Below, in pieces: positions 18,168-31,601 of a stretch of 64,000 nucleotides of DNA; the stretch's first letter is position 1; each line of letters starts with the position of its first letter. The position numbers were made by a program, and so were the translations under genes. The notes beneath the pieces are model-generated. The model did not search any database and had not been told where the DNA came from. It saw only the letters and a list, made by a program, of their open reading frames with translations. Location: assembly GCA_965644315.1 (NCBI GenBank), contig CBFFRQ010000065.1, forward strand, positions 248,001-312,000, read 5' to 3'. The DNA comes from Caecitellus pseudoparvulus. Its lineage: Eukaryota; Protista; Bigyra: Bicosoecida.

Positions 18168-21100
18168 TCACACAGACACCACAGCAGACTGCTCCGTGGA
18201 CGAGTACCACGCGCGGAACTCTTCGAAGGACAGCTGCCCGTCTTGGTTCGTGTCAGCTGTTCGGAAGGCCTCCTCCACTGTGGCCATGGCGATGGCTTCG
18301 GGCGTGGCACCGGCTGCCACGCCCCCCCCCGCACCTGTGCTCAGCATGGCCCGGAACAGCGTGACGAGGTAGTCGTACATCTCCTCGCGGGAGATGAAGC
18401 CGTCGCCGTCGGCATCGTACGCTTCAAAGGCTGCAGCCACCTTGTCGTCCACGCTGCCGGCACAGTACACAGTGAAGGCCGCGCAGATCTCGGCAAAGTC
18501 CAGGACACCGTTGCCATCTGCGTCGAACGCTGTGTACACGTACTCGCACAGAGTGTCGAAGCTTTCCTTGTTGCTGGCGTGCAGCGACCCTGCCAGGGAC
18601 GCAATGAGCGCCAAGGCGCGGCGGAAGCGATCTCGGTGCAGCACCAGGCGCCCGTTATCGCGGTGAGCGTTCTCACGCAGGATGGAAAACAGCTCCGAGA
18701 CATTCACGGCATCCAGGCCCAGCCGGCTGCGCAATTCGTCGGCTGGCGGCAACTCCTCTGCAGCTGCAGCCGCCTTCATGCTGGAGTAGACGGGGCCAGA
18801 TGGCAGGGCCACGCGAGTGGAGCCGGCGGCGGGTGGAACAGGTGGCGGTGCCGTGCCCCGTGGCGCGATGGCGTTTGTCGCGGCCACGAAGGCTGCTTGC
18901 GTGGGGGATGGCGTGCCATACCACCGGGCAAACTCTGGGAAGGTGAGCTTGCCGTCGTGGTCCAAGTCGGCCTCCGCGAAGACGTGGCGCACCGTGGCCA
19001 CCGCCAGCTCCTCGGGCGTGCGCCCCTGCAGGTTTGGAGCTGCCCGAGGGTCGGCCCGCAGCAGCACCTTGAAGGTGCTGGTCAGGAACATGAACAGCTC
19101 GTCCTGGCTGATGCCGCCAGTGTGGTGGAGGTCAAAGAGTTCGAACACCGCCCTGGCGCGCTCGTGGTGGTCTCCCCCGCACAGCACGGACAAGCCGCCA
19201 GACAGCTCAGTGAAGTCCACAGCATCACTTCCATCGGCATCGAAGAGGTCAAAGAGGCGGTCCAGGATGAGGTGGGTGCGGTGGGCCTCCACCGCTGAGC
19301 GGCCAGCATGGGCGTATGCGCGGACAGCCCGCGGCAACTTCGCTGCTACGGTGGCATCCAGCGGGCCCTCAGCGCGGCGCAGGGCGCCGCCAGGCCCGGT
19401 GGGCACCAAGCCGGCCTGCAGTCCCTGGCTCTCATGCTGCCGCACCAGGGCCTCGAAGACTGTGTGGAAGGCGGACCGGCCCAGGAGACCCCGCTCGTCT
19501 GTGGCGTCGGCCAGCATATCCAGCACCTCCGGCAGGCGGCGGTGCTGCAGGCCCGTCAGGCGCTTCACCTCCTCCAGGGTGAGCCAGGCTTCAGGAGCAG
19601 CAGCAGACACCACCAGCTGGCCCAGCTCAGCAGTGGCTTGGTCCGTTCCATCACCGCTCTGAGTCTCGTCGTACCATGCGATCAGCTCATCCACGGTCAG
19701 TTTGCCGTCGTGGTCCTTGTCCGCGTGAGCGAAACACTCCTCTGTGGCGGCCACAGCCATCTCCTGTGCCGACACATCGTCAGGCATGGCATCATCGCCA
19801 TCCGTGGACTGCACCAGGCGATACACGCCGGCCAGGTAAGCCTGCAACTCTTCCTTGGAAATGACGCCATCGTTGTCTGCGTCGATGAAGGCGAAGGCTG
19901 CCCGCACACGAGAGTCGTGCTCGCCACCACACAGCACGGACAAGCCCGCGACGAGGTGCCGCACATCCACCAGCCCCTGGCCTTCCGTGTCCACAACGTC
20001 GAAGATGTGCGCCCGCACAAAGGCGTGCCCCGCTGCGTCAGCTTCATCCCGCCCTTGCACCACCGCCAGCCCAGAGCTGCTCTGCTCCGTGTGGTGTGGC
20101 GTGAAGCGGTCCATGGCGGCGTTGAATGCCGCCCGCGTCAGGTGTCCCTGGCTGTTTGCATGCTGCAGGAAGATATCCAGGGCCTCCGCCACGCTGAACT
20201 CAGGCAGGCAGGACACCTCCCGCAGCTCAGTCAGGGAGATGGTGGAGGGCTTCACCTCTGCAGCAGCCAGCAGCTGCTCCTGCACTTGGACGTCGCTGCT
20301 GCTCGCACCGCCCAGCAGCTCAGACGTCTCATACCAGTGGTGAAATGCAGCTCGCGAGATGCGCCCAGCCGCCCCTGCTGCCTGCAGCACCTGCTTGGTG
20401 CAGCGCTGAGCCAGGGCTTCAGGGCTCAGCCCGCCCCAAGCCCCACCGTCTTCTGCCACCGCCTCAGCAGCCTTGAAGACATGCGTGAGGTAGTTGTTAA
20501 GCTCCCACGCAGTCAGGTACCCGTCGCCGTCCACGTCGTAGATGTCAAAGGCGGCGTTCACGCGGTCCGTGGCCGTGGCCCGGCCGACGAGGTGCGTCAG
20601 GCCACCCTTCAGCTCCTGTGCAGAGACGACACCTGCACCATCTTCGTCAAATTGGTCGAACAGTGCGTCCACCAGAGCGTGGATGTGCTCCTCGGAGACT
20701 GGGTCTCCCGACACCACCGCACCCCGTGCCCGGGCATCAGCCACGTACTCCCCAAACGCATTGCGGAACGCACGGCGAGTGAGCTTGCCTTCGGCATCTG
20801 CAAACTCTGAAAAATGGGCCAGGACTGGCCCCAGGCGGGCTTGCTCCAGGTGCATGACACGGCGCGCTTCCGCGAGAGCCATCCAGCCTGGCATGTTGGC
20901 GAGGTTGCGATGGTAGGGCAGGCGCTTCAAGCCAGTGCCAGGCACAGCCTCGCCTGGCGCACCAGCATCATCATGGGTGAGGGGTCCTGCAGAGCGAGGG
21001 GGCGGCACCGTTGTGGCACCTGCGGGCTCGGGGGGTGGTGCAGAGGGTTGGGGAGGGGGAGCAGCTGCGGAGTCGGCGGCGTCCACACCCATGCTTTGGG

Positions 21101-24100
21101 CGCGGAACCAAGCTGCAAACTCTGCCTTGCTGAGCTTGTTGTCATGGCGGGTGTCTGCCACGGCGAAGACGTTGGCAGTGGTCGCGGCGGCCAATTCGGC
21201 AGGCCCCAGGCCGCCGACAGAAGCAGCCACTGTCGGGTCCCGGGCGTACACCATGCGGAAGGTGCCCTCCAAGAACATGGTCATTTCTTCCGGCGTGATG
21301 CTTCCGTCGCCGTCTGCGTCGAACAGCGCGAAGGCAGCGTCGATCTTCTCGTCGTCGCTGCCTTCCCCAAGCACAGCCATGCCTGCGGACAGCTCTGCAA
21401 AGTCCACCCGGCCATCCTCGTCCGCGTCGAAGGCTGTGAAAACCTCCGGCAAGGCAATGTTGAACAAGACGGCCTCTTCGTGCTCATCTGCACCAGGGCG
21501 CAAGAAGCGGCTCATCGCGTCTCGGAACGCCGGCAGGTCCAAGCAGCCATCCGCGCTGGCGTTCTCAGCAAAGGCGTTGAGGACGTCCATCAAGGGCTCC
21601 TCCGCGACGCTGGTCAGGCGCTGCGTCTCCCGCACAGCCCATGCCGCATCTTGGGACGCTAGCTTGGGGTTCGGCCCAGGTGCAGAGGCGAGTCCGACTT
21701 CAGCCGCGCCGGCGACAACCTGCGCCGTGCTCAGCTCGCCGCTTGTGCCATTCACCTCGCTGAGCCACGAGGCGAATTCGTCCTGCGAAATCAGGCCATC
21801 GCCGTCTGTGTCGGCTTCCGCGAAAGCCTGCTCAGCAGTGGCCCGCGCCAGCTCCGTCGCGGACAGCTTGTCCTGGGGCACGCCGTTGGCCTGTGCGATG
21901 GCAGCAGCCTGCTCGGGATTCGCCGCCAGGAGCACCCGGAATACTGCACTCAAGTACGCCTGCATCTCCCCCACTTCAATCATGCCGTCGCCGTTGAGGT
22001 CGAAAAGCTCAAAGGCAGAGGCGACGCGGCGCGCCGAGGCCTCAGGGCCTGCCTGCCGCAGGCAATCTCCGCTGAGCAGCTGCAGGCCCGCAGCCACCTC
22101 CGCAAAGTCCACGACGCCATCCTCGTTCTCGTCGAAAATACCGAAGAGGCGTGGCAACATGAGGCGCCCCTTGGCTCGGTCCACGTCGCTCAAGTGCGCC
22201 TTGGCCATCACACGCAGCATGGCCTTGTTGAAGGCGCCGCGAGACAGCCACTGCCGGCCGCCTGCAGCGTCCCGGAAGGCGGACAGCACCTGGTTGTGGT
22301 CCATGGACTCCAGGCCAGTCACGCGGGCCAGCTCCTCCACGCCCATGCTGCTGATGAGGCTGGAGCCGCCCGTGGCAGCTCCCAGCAGGTTCACCTGCGT
22401 CGTCACTGACTTGGCGGCTACCTCCATGGAGTGCCCCAGCTCGCTGGCATACCACTCCTGGAACTCCTCCAAGCTTAACTGCTGATCGTGGTCGGCGTCC
22501 GCCTCGGCAAAGGCCCGGTTCGTGAGGGCCACTGCCAGGACCTCAGCACTGGCGCCCGCCCCCTTCCTGGGCGGGTGGCCCAGGATCTGCTCAGCAAGGT
22601 CAGCTCGCGCGTGGGGCTGGGTGGCCAGCAAGCAGGTGAAGTACGCCGTCAGGAAGGACTCCATCTCAGTGCGGGAGATGTACCCTGATCCGTCCACGTC
22701 AAAGAGGCGGAAGACGAGGCCGATCTTCTCGGACTGAGGTGCAGCCAGGAGGGCGGAGATGCCGCACGACAGCTCTGTGAAGTCCAGCACACCATCCCCG
22801 GAGGTGTCGAACAAGGTGAAGAGGTTGGTGGACAGCCGCTTCACGGCAGCTCGCGTGCCTGCCACGTCCAGTCCGCGCTCAGTGCGAACTCCCTCTGGAG
22901 CCTCCACGGCAGCCCGCACGGGGGCACGCAGCATGGAGTGCAGGGCCTGCGCAAACGCAGACTTGCTCAAAAGGCCACCCTTGTCCGTGTTGCGTGCGAG
23001 GGTCTCGATGACTTCCCGCATCGGCTGCTCCAACATGGTGGTGAGGGTTTTGAGGTCTTGCAGGCGCAGTGGGGGCGAGGGCTGTGCGGGGGCTTCGGGT
23101 GCCGTCTCCCCGGCAGGCTTGCCAGGAGGCACATGCGGCACAGCGGCCATGAACACGTTACCCCCTGCCGACATGACCCAGTTCAAGAACTCCCCACGGC
23201 TCAGCTTGCCGTCATGGTTCAAGTCAGCCTCAGCGAAGACTGACTCGGTCGTCGCGCCGGCAAGGAGGGCAGGAGTGGGCGTCGTGCCCAAGCGCTGCCG
23301 AAGGGCCTCCACCATGTCTGGCTGGATGGCAAAGAGCACTGTGAAGAGCGCAAGCAAGTAGTTCCTGCACTCCTCTTCGGAGATGCTCCCGTCGCCGTTG
23401 GCATCCAGCAGGTCGAACACAGCCTTGACGCGATCGCCGGCGCTGCCACTGCCGCCGCCACACAGCACTGTCAGACCGATGGCGAGGGAGCGGTAGCCCA
23501 CGCGGCCAGGCAAGCCAGCAGGCGGCTTGCGTTCGCTGCTCTCCACAAAGGCGTCGAAGATTTGCGACAGCAGCAACCGCAGGCGGCCCAAGTCTTTCGG
23601 CTGCAGAGGGCTGCCAGCGGCTGCCTGTGAGGCCGCTGCGACGGCGGCCGTGAAGGCGGGCATGTCCAATGTCCCGGTGAAGCCATCCGCGTGCTGCCTG
23701 AAGTGGTGCAGGAGGGTGGGTAGGGAGATGGCATCCAGGGATGCGCGGCTGCGCAGTTCCTGGAGGCTGGTCATGGCCAGGGGCGTCTGCAAGTCGGCGG
23801 CGGCGCCAGAGTCGAACCATGACAGGAACTCCTCGAAGGACAGCTGGCCGTCTTCGTTGGCGTCTGCCGCTTCGAAGGCGGCCTTGGCGGTGGAGCGAGC
23901 AAGCTGTGCCACAGTCACGCCGCTGGGCAAGGCGCTGGCCGCCTCCTCGTCCAGGTGAGTCATGACCCGGAACACAGACGTGAGGTAGGCCACCATTTCA
24001 GACATGGAAATGAAGCCGTCGCCATCCGCGTCAAACAGCTCAAAGGCGGCACGAGCCTTCGAGTGCGCCTCCCCGCCACACAGCACACTGAGACCCGCGG

Positions 24101-26209
24101 ACAGCTCTGCAGCGTCCACCTCCCCGTTTCCGTCCGCGTCAAAGAGCCCGAACAGCGTGTGCAGCAGCATGCTGCCCTCCATGGAGGCCTCCTCAGAGTC
24201 CGACCGCAAGTACTGCGCAAAGACCGCGCTGAACGCGTCACGCGTCAGCACGCCGTCGTGTGCGGAGGCTGCTGCTGCCGCCTGCGCCAGCACCCTGGAC
24301 AGCGGCACGTCCCCCAGCAATGTCACGCCCCGCATGGCTGCCAGACTGCGCGTGCGCTGGGCTAGCTGCACCCTGCTGCTGGCCAAGGGAGACACCATGC
24401 CCGGCTCGGTGTCTGCGTCATCATCCACTGTCGCGGCAGTGGTGTCCACAGCCAGCCCTGGGCGGCCGCTGGAAGCGGGGCTGTTCGAGGCCAGTCCGCC
24501 TGGTGCAACGCCAGCCGCGTACCACGCTCGGAACTCCTCCTGGGAGATGACGCCGTCACCGTCACGGTCGGCTTCTTCGAAGGCCGCCTGTGCCGTGGTC
24601 TGTCCCAGCTGGGCCGGCGTGAAGCCCTCGTCTGCCAGCATAGCTGACAGGGACGGCGTGGCGGCCATGAGGCGGAAGACAGCCACAAAGAAGTTCTCCA
24701 CCTCCTCCAGAGACAGCTCCCCGTCCCCATCAGCGTCGAAGAGCTCGAAGGCGGCCTCCACCTTGTCGTCGCGCGAGCCGCCGCACAGGCACGACAGCGC
24801 AGCGCCCAACTCGTGCATGTCAGCCAGTCCGTCGCCGTTGGTGTCCAGGCGGTCGAACAGTCGAGCAAGGGTGCTCGTCGTGGCGTCTGTGGCGCGAAAG
24901 GTGCCCTGTGGCAGCAAGCGCCCCAGCACCACCAGCATGCCTTCGCAGAACTGTTCCTGCGTCAAGGCCAGCCCCTTGCCAGAAGAAGCAGACTCCGCGC
25001 CCACCACGGATGCGTAGGACCTCAGGAGCGTGAAGACGTGTCCCGGGTTGAGCTTGCTGAGGCGCAGAGCCTTGGAGAGCGGCGCCAGCGCGGCGCTCAC
25101 GCGTCCCTGCAGGGCAGCGGGCACCCCCATGGCTTGGGGGTCCACGTCGCCGTCGTCGCTGCTGGAGTCCACCTCCTCGCCATCCACCGCCGCCTCCTCG
25201 TCAGCAGCCGCCTCGGCCACGTCCACTGAAGTGGGCGAGATCGCGGGAACGGGAGCTGCCTGTACCATCCCCGCGACCGCCTCGTCCTCCTCTTCCTCTT
25301 CTTCTTCCTCCTCCTCGCCAACCTCCTGGAGGAACATGGCCGCCATGCGGGTGATGGGGCCGGAAGTGTCGGCGTTGGCGGGGTCAGTGACCCACGCCAC
25401 GAATTCAGGGTAGGAGATGACACCATCGCGGTTCGTGTCAGCCTGCTGCAGTGCCAGCGCCGCGGTGGAGTCGGCCAAGGCAGCTGTGTCGCCGTAGGGC
25501 CACTCGGGCCCTTGGCTGGCAGCCAGCACTCGGTACATGCCTGCGAGCATGCTGGTCAGCTCGCCGCGGGAGATGAAGCCGTCGCTGTCCACGTCGAACA
25601 ACATGAAGACGGGCTTGAAGGAGACACTGGAGTCGGCGGCAGCCGTGTACTCCTGGGCGTGCACGGCCCGCACAGCGGCGATGCCAGCCATCAGCTCGCC
25701 CAACGACACCACACCTGCGAGTGCAGCAAGCCCAGGTGAGAGCGACGCCGCGCGCAGGGACGAGGCAAAGCACGCGGCTCACCGTTTCCATCCGAGTCGA
25801 AAATTGTGAAGAGGTGCTCTACTGAATCCTCCAGGCCCAGCGCCTGCACGATTTCCTGCGGCAAGGGGAGCAGCACAGCGGCGTGGTGAAGTTCACTGAC
25901 TGCAGCGCCATGCCAGCCAGGCTGCCAGCGGCGCCCACCTTGCCATGTTTCCGCGTCAGCACTGCTGTGATCAGGTAATGAAAGTCCTCCTTGCTCAGCG
26001 GCGTGAAGGGTGCATCGTGCCCCCCGCCCGCGTGAGCCCTGAGCAGGCACATCGTCAAGTGTGCATCATGCAGAGGCGACGCTGCCCGGCGGCCTGACTC
26101 ACCGAGCCAGGCGCATGAGCTGGGACACATCGTCCTCGTCGAAAACAAGGAAGTCCAGCGTGTTCAACTCCTCGTCAGGCGCCGCCATGCCTTCCGCAGC
26201 CTGCGCCAT
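18168..26209 (-). CDS. Giant multi-EF-hand protein: 11 tandem NCS-1/recoverin/calcineurin-B-like modules (~2600 aa)
   Basis: Three short 5' exons from ATG 26209 splice in frame (GT-AG) onto the 7.5-kb exon ending at 18168. About 30 DxDGDGxI/LxxxE loops recur in the pattern 'LFxxFD..GLSVLCGG..AFxLFD..AFxEAD..EFxxW'. Confidence 0.9.
25285..25320 (-). repeat. GAG/GAA run encoding a poly-Glu tract (EEEEEEEEEEDE) within the EF-hand gene
   Basis: The plus strand shows a run of tcc/ttc triplets; the translation shows the poly-E linker after module 1. Confidence 0.8.
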
Positions 26210-26348
26210 CCTGCACAGCCTTCGGCGGAGGTGCCGCGCAGAAGCCCCTCCTTGCTGCCACACCAGCACACACGGGACGTGTGTACAAAAGCATGGCATT
26301 CAACTGCCATTGAGAGGGGGTGATTGCGTGTTTTGTACGTGCGCAGTC

Positions 26349-28160
26349 ATGGCTGCCGCAGCATCTGGAGAAGGGGTGTGCATGGGAGGGAAGGGTGCAA
26401 TTTCCGCAGTACGCCCGCTGTGGCCACCGCCTCTCTCCTTCGCCAGGGACTCTGGAACCGCCCTGGACTTGCTCCTGCGAGATGGAGCTGCACATGGGGG
26501 CACAGCTTGTCCCCTCTGCGTGCTGACAGCGCCCCCTGGAGCGGGGCTGACCACCCTCATCCACTCTGCTGCTGCCAACGCGGTGCGAGCTGCCTGCTGG
26601 ACGCAGCCCCGCCACCCCCACTCGCCCCGCATGACGCCGCCATGCTGACATGCTTCACAGGGTCTTGACACGGTGGAAATCAGCCCGCTCACCGTTGCCC
26701 TGCATGCCCGGGCTTCAGTGTGGTCGTCCATCTCAGCGCAGGTCATGGCAGCCGCAGCGGCAGTGAGCGGCGCCGAGCCCCAAGCGGAGCGCGGCCTCCT
26801 GCTCATCCTGGACAGACTTCCGGTGCTAGCCATGGACACCCCCAACATGGCCACACAGCTGGCATGTCTACTGGGACAGCTGTCTCGGGGCGGAGGCCTT
26901 TCCCGCCCGCTTCTCGTCCTGGCCACGGCACGGAGCGACGCAGCCCTCCCACGGTCCACGTCCACGGTGTTCCCCCTCACACTGCACCTGCAGCCCGCCT
27001 GTGAGCCCAACCGCCGGCTCATCTTCGCCCACCTGCTGGGGCTGGACCCCCCCACTGCCGCTGAGAACTCCCAACTTGCACACCTCGCAGCTGCATCAGC
27101 AGCCTGTTGTGCCAGCGACCTGGCCGCTGTGTGGGCAGGCTGCCCAGGCGGCTGCGATGCGCCTGGCAAGTTAGCCACAGCCCTGACCCAACATACTCCA
27201 GCTGCCTTGGCTTCGCTGGCCGCTTCGGGGCTCTCTGTCCGCCCAGTGGTGCCGGACCCCGCGCTGGCGCTGGACTCGGTGGGCGGTGCAGGGGACGCCA
27301 AGGCTGCACTCCTGGAGGCAGTGGTGTGGCCGCGCCTGCACCCAAAGGAGCTTAAGGCGGCTGGCATTGCTCCTGCGCGGGGGGTGTTGCTGTACGGCCC
27401 TCCTGGGTGTGGGAAGACCCTCTTGGCCAAGGCGGCAGCCTCCACGCTGGCAGTGCCATTCTTGCCGGTGGGCATCCCCGACATCATGCGGGCAGAGGTG
27501 GGGGCCAGTCAGCGCTTGCTGACACAGGTGTTCCGTGTCGCCCGCGCCGCATCGCCGTGTGTCCTGTTCTTGGACGAAGTGCAGGCCATGTTCCAAAAGC
27601 GCTCTGGCGGGGGCGGCGAGGGCGCCGCAGCCCTGGCTATGCAGAACTCCCTCACTTCCCAGCTGCTGACAGAGCTGACGGCCTTGACAGCGCTGCCAGG
27701 CATCGGCGTCGTGGTGATGGCTGCCACGAACGTCCCAGGCGCCCTGGACCCCGCCCTTCTGCGCCCGGGGCGTCTGGAGCGCTGCATCCCTGTGACGCTT
27801 CCAGACGCCGCCGAGCGGCAGACCATCCTCGCAAGCGTGACGGCAAAGCTGCCATGTCCATGCCAAGGGGCGGGTGTGCCAGGCCTGGACCTCGCCAGCC
27901 TGGCTGCAGCCACTGCCGGCTTCTCAGGTGCAGACCTGGCTGCACTGGTGCAGAGCTGCGTCGCACAAGCCCTGGCTGCGCAGGCCCCGCTGGCTGGGAT
28001 GGAAGCGGAAGACCCACTCGGTCTGTCTGCGCTAAAAGGCGCAGTGACGCCCAGCAACATCAGCCAGGATGCGCTGCTGCAAGCCGCTGCGCGCATGCAG
28101 CCTTCCGTGTCGCGGCAGCAGCTTCAAGACCTGGCTCAGTGGGAGCGCGGCGTGCATTGA
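26349..28160 (+). CDS. CDC48/AFG2(SPATA5)-related AAA+ ATPase with degenerate D1 and intact D2
   Basis: Exon 1 is 26349-26582, the intron 26583-26660, exon 2 26661-28160. D2 has 'GVLLYGPPGCGKT', 'LFLDE' and the SRH 'AATNVPGALDPALLRPGRLE'. The D1 Walker A reads 'APPGAGLTT'. Confidence 0.8.
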
Positions 28161-28251
28161 TGGAGTGCGCTTGGCACACGGAGCAAGGGGCAACAGACAG
28201 AGCAAAGGAAGGTGGGTGGCGAGTGCGGGCAGGCACAGCAGCACACGACAC

Positions 28252-29846
28252 TCAATCCTCCCCGCTGCGGCGGCGGAGCCCGCTACTCCCACCCGCCGCG
28301 GCAGTCTGCGCTGCCAGCACCTCAGCTGCCGCATTCAGGTCACCGCGTGGCACTTGGTCCAAACCCACACCCTCATCTTCGTCGGCTGATGCCTCTCCCT
28401 TGGCTGTCGAACGGGGGGACATCAGTCCCCACTGCACCGGGTCCATGCAGTGCGCCGAGAGCAATGCACTGGACACTTGCTGGCGCCTGGCAGCGAAGAA
28501 GCGCTCAGATGGCCGCCAATACTTCATGTAGCCGTCCCAGTCCACGGCCTTCAGACCTGCCCGCCTCGCGATGGCCACTTGCACACGCTTGGCGAACTGC
28601 ACCGCCGTCTCGCCTGGGGCGATGGTGACGGGGTCCATGTACCAGACATCACAAATGACGGCCCAAGACGTCATGAGGCTGAAGAGATACGAGCCAAACG
28701 ACTGGGCGCGTGAGTTCCAGTACCCGTCCACGAACACTTTGTTGTACTTGATGGCGATGGGGTTGATGGGTACCCCCAGCTCGAAGACTCGCTTCTTGAA
28801 CTCCACGACATACTCGTTGTTCACGCAGGTGCCCTCCGGGAAGACCAGCAGGGGGAAGCGGTCTGGGTCTTCTGCGTGCGTCCTCAGCTTTTCAGCCACC
28901 AAGTGGCGGTTCTTGCTCTCGCCGCGGTTGAACCAAATGGGCTGCAGCGCTCCGAGCAAGTAGTCTTGGCACATGCCCACCCACCCAGGGTGCTTCTGCC
29001 CCACCACAGCATACGAGTGGCTCTGCTGCAGGATGATGAAATCAATCATGCTGCTGTGGTTGGCGACAAAGACGCCGGGAGGGCGGCCTTTGCGGGCGCG
29101 GGGCCGGGTGCCGTGGAACCGGATGACGCCGCTCCACGACAGAACAAAGGCGGAGCAAATGAACTGGGCACACCTGCGAAGTGAAGGGGGGCACAGCATG
29201 CGGCTCCTAAATTCGAGCGGTCAGGGGGCAACCCTGTGGGACGCAGTCGCAGGCAGCGCTCACGCACCACGCCTCGGCGTTGCGCCGGCGCCGGGCTCCC
29301 AGCAGGCAGCCAACGCTCTGTGAGATGGAATGACACGGGGCAGTGAAGCGGCCTAGCGAGGGGACGTCGCTAGACTTGCAGTGAGCAACACACCTTGACA
29401 CATGCCATGGCGACGATGCCACCCAGCACTGCAGCCAGCAGCAGCGTGAGGCGGATGGGGAAGACCACCAAGTACCGCAGCACCACGCCAACCAGCCAGC
29501 AGGGGAAAAGGTAGATGTTCCAGTTCCATGGCTCCGACTCGGTGCTGGCGAAGCACCGATTGAACGAGTCGTCCACGATGGCACTGGCCCCTTGGGCGAC
29601 GATGTGCGTGGACAGCTCAAACAAGGGTGGAGTCGTCGTTGCCACAGCCGACTCGCCTGAGCCAGACGCCTCTCCGAACTGGCTGGACAGACGGCGCAAC
29701 AGCGTCGCCTGCGCCTGCATCTCCGCCAGATTCGTGCTGGAGGCAGATGTCATCATGGCCGAATCTCGAGTCAGCAAGAGGTCATCGTCGGCGCTGTCGT
29801 CTGTGCCGACGGAGCCTGCATGCCTGTGGTCGGCTGGCGCTGCCAT
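28252..29846 (-). CDS. GPAT9: Glycerol-3-phosphate acyltransferase, GPAT9/GPAT3 type
   Basis: Spliced. Motifs 'AIVDDSFNRCF..EPWNWNIYLFPCW', 'FVANHSSMIDF', 'FPEGTCVNN', 'PIAIKYNK', 'SWAVICDVWY' and 'WDGYMKY'. Confidence 0.92.
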
Positions 29847-30112
29847 GACTTCCGCTCAAATTTCCGCAAGCCTTCGACGCCCCACTGCGCAGCTGCCTGA
29901 GCAGTGTGTGTGCCGTTCGCGGCGTGGAGCCAAAGAAACACCACCTACGTGTCTGAGATGGGGCGGTTTGGGATGTGTGCGTTGTTGAGGGATGGAGGTG
30001 GCCCTGTTGCGGGCCGGGACGAGTGGCACCCGCTCTCACAAGGCCTTCAGCCAACTGCTGGCGCAGCCATGTCGCCGACAACTCTGCATTGCCCTTCAAC
30101 AAGCGAAAGCCA

Positions 30113-31212
30113 TCACTCCTCTTTCTTTGCTGCCTCCAACTTCTTCAGGAAGCGCTTGCGCAGGCCCTTGTGCATGCTGTTGAGGGCCATGGCCAGCAGG
30201 GGCTTGGGCACTGCGAAGACGAGTGCATCCTCGATGCGGTGGGACCAGTATGGCACCAGGGACACGCCAACTCCCAGCTTGGAGAGGCTGGAGCGCACCC
30301 ATGGGCGAGGGTTGGGCGTCCACAGGCTGGCCTTGCGGATCTTGGACATTTTGGAGACGACGAAGTACGGCAGGTGGGCACACACTGTGACACCCTTGCC
30401 AGCCAACTCAGTGGACAGGGACCGCGTGAAGAAGTCCACATACGCCTTGGCTGCAGAGTAGCCTGCGTACAGGGGGCTGCCCACGGGCAGGTGCCCGTTG
30501 GCGCTGGACAGGTTCACCACCACGCCCCGCTTGCGCTGCACCATGCCCGGCAGCACCAGGGCAGTCATGTGAGTGACAGACTCGACGTTGATGGAGATGA
30601 CGTCTTGGGAGACATTGTCGAAGCCAAGCTCCTCCAGCTCGTGGAAGTACACGGCAGAGGGGTACGAACAGCCGACGTTGTTGACGAGGATGCCAATGTC
30701 GCGGTCGCCCAACTTGCTGGCGATTTCCGCATACAGTCCAGATTGGAAGCCCTTGCTGAAGTCAGCAGCAATGACCTCCACGCTGACGTTGGGGCTCTCT
30801 GCGAGGATCTCCTCCTGGGCCTTTTGCAGCTTCTGGGCACGGGAAGGAGGGCGGGCACGTGAGGCGGGTCGAGCACACCAGCACCGATGGCAAGCTGTGA
30901 ATGGCCAGCAGCGACCAGCTCACGTACCGAGAGAGTGCGAGACACCAGGACGACATTCATGCCACGGGCGGCAAGCTCTTGAGCATACGCCTTCCCAATG
31001 CCGTCAGTTGCGCCCGTCACGACAGCCCAGCTGCCTTGCGTCGTGGGGTCCACACCTTGCGCAAAGAACGTCGTGTTTACCCAATCCACAACGGCGAACA
31101 GAGCTGCCGCCACGCTGGCGAGGCCGACCACGAGCAGGATGATGGTGGTTGGTGGGACATCATGCACGTTCACGCCCAGGTGCGCCTGCACGCTTGCAGC
31201 AACGGCTTCCAT
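30113..31212 (-). CDS. Very-long-chain 3-oxoacyl-CoA reductase (KCR / 17beta-HSD12-like SDR)
   Basis: Two exons. N-terminal TM helix, '[16 protein letters not shown]', 'GILVNNVG', catalytic 'YSAAK' and '[12 protein letters not shown]'. Confidence 0.9.
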
Positions 31213-31601
31213 GGCTGCAGTGAGAGGTGGTGGAGAGGACTGGAGCCGAGTGGTCCAGGGCACGGTGCAGCTGGAGCAGGGGCCTTGGGAGGGCGCTGCA
31301 CACAACCAGAAGCGGTGCGGATGAAGCTAGCGGAGGGTAGAAAGTATGGGCATCCTCTGAGCCGCATCCTGAATGACTGGACCTCGCTACAGCTGGTGCA
31401 GGGGTGCCTGCATTGGCTGAGCAATTTCCGCAGCAAGTGCGTGCGTGACTCCGCATGTGCCACTCCCACTTCCCTGGCGCATCCAAAGCAACAAAAACGA
31501 GGGAGCCGCAATCACATTCAAGTGTTTGGCTCGTAAGGATACGCCGTAGTTCCTTGCGAAGGAGTCACTTGCCGCTGTGTCACGGGCACGTTCTGGGAGT
31601 T

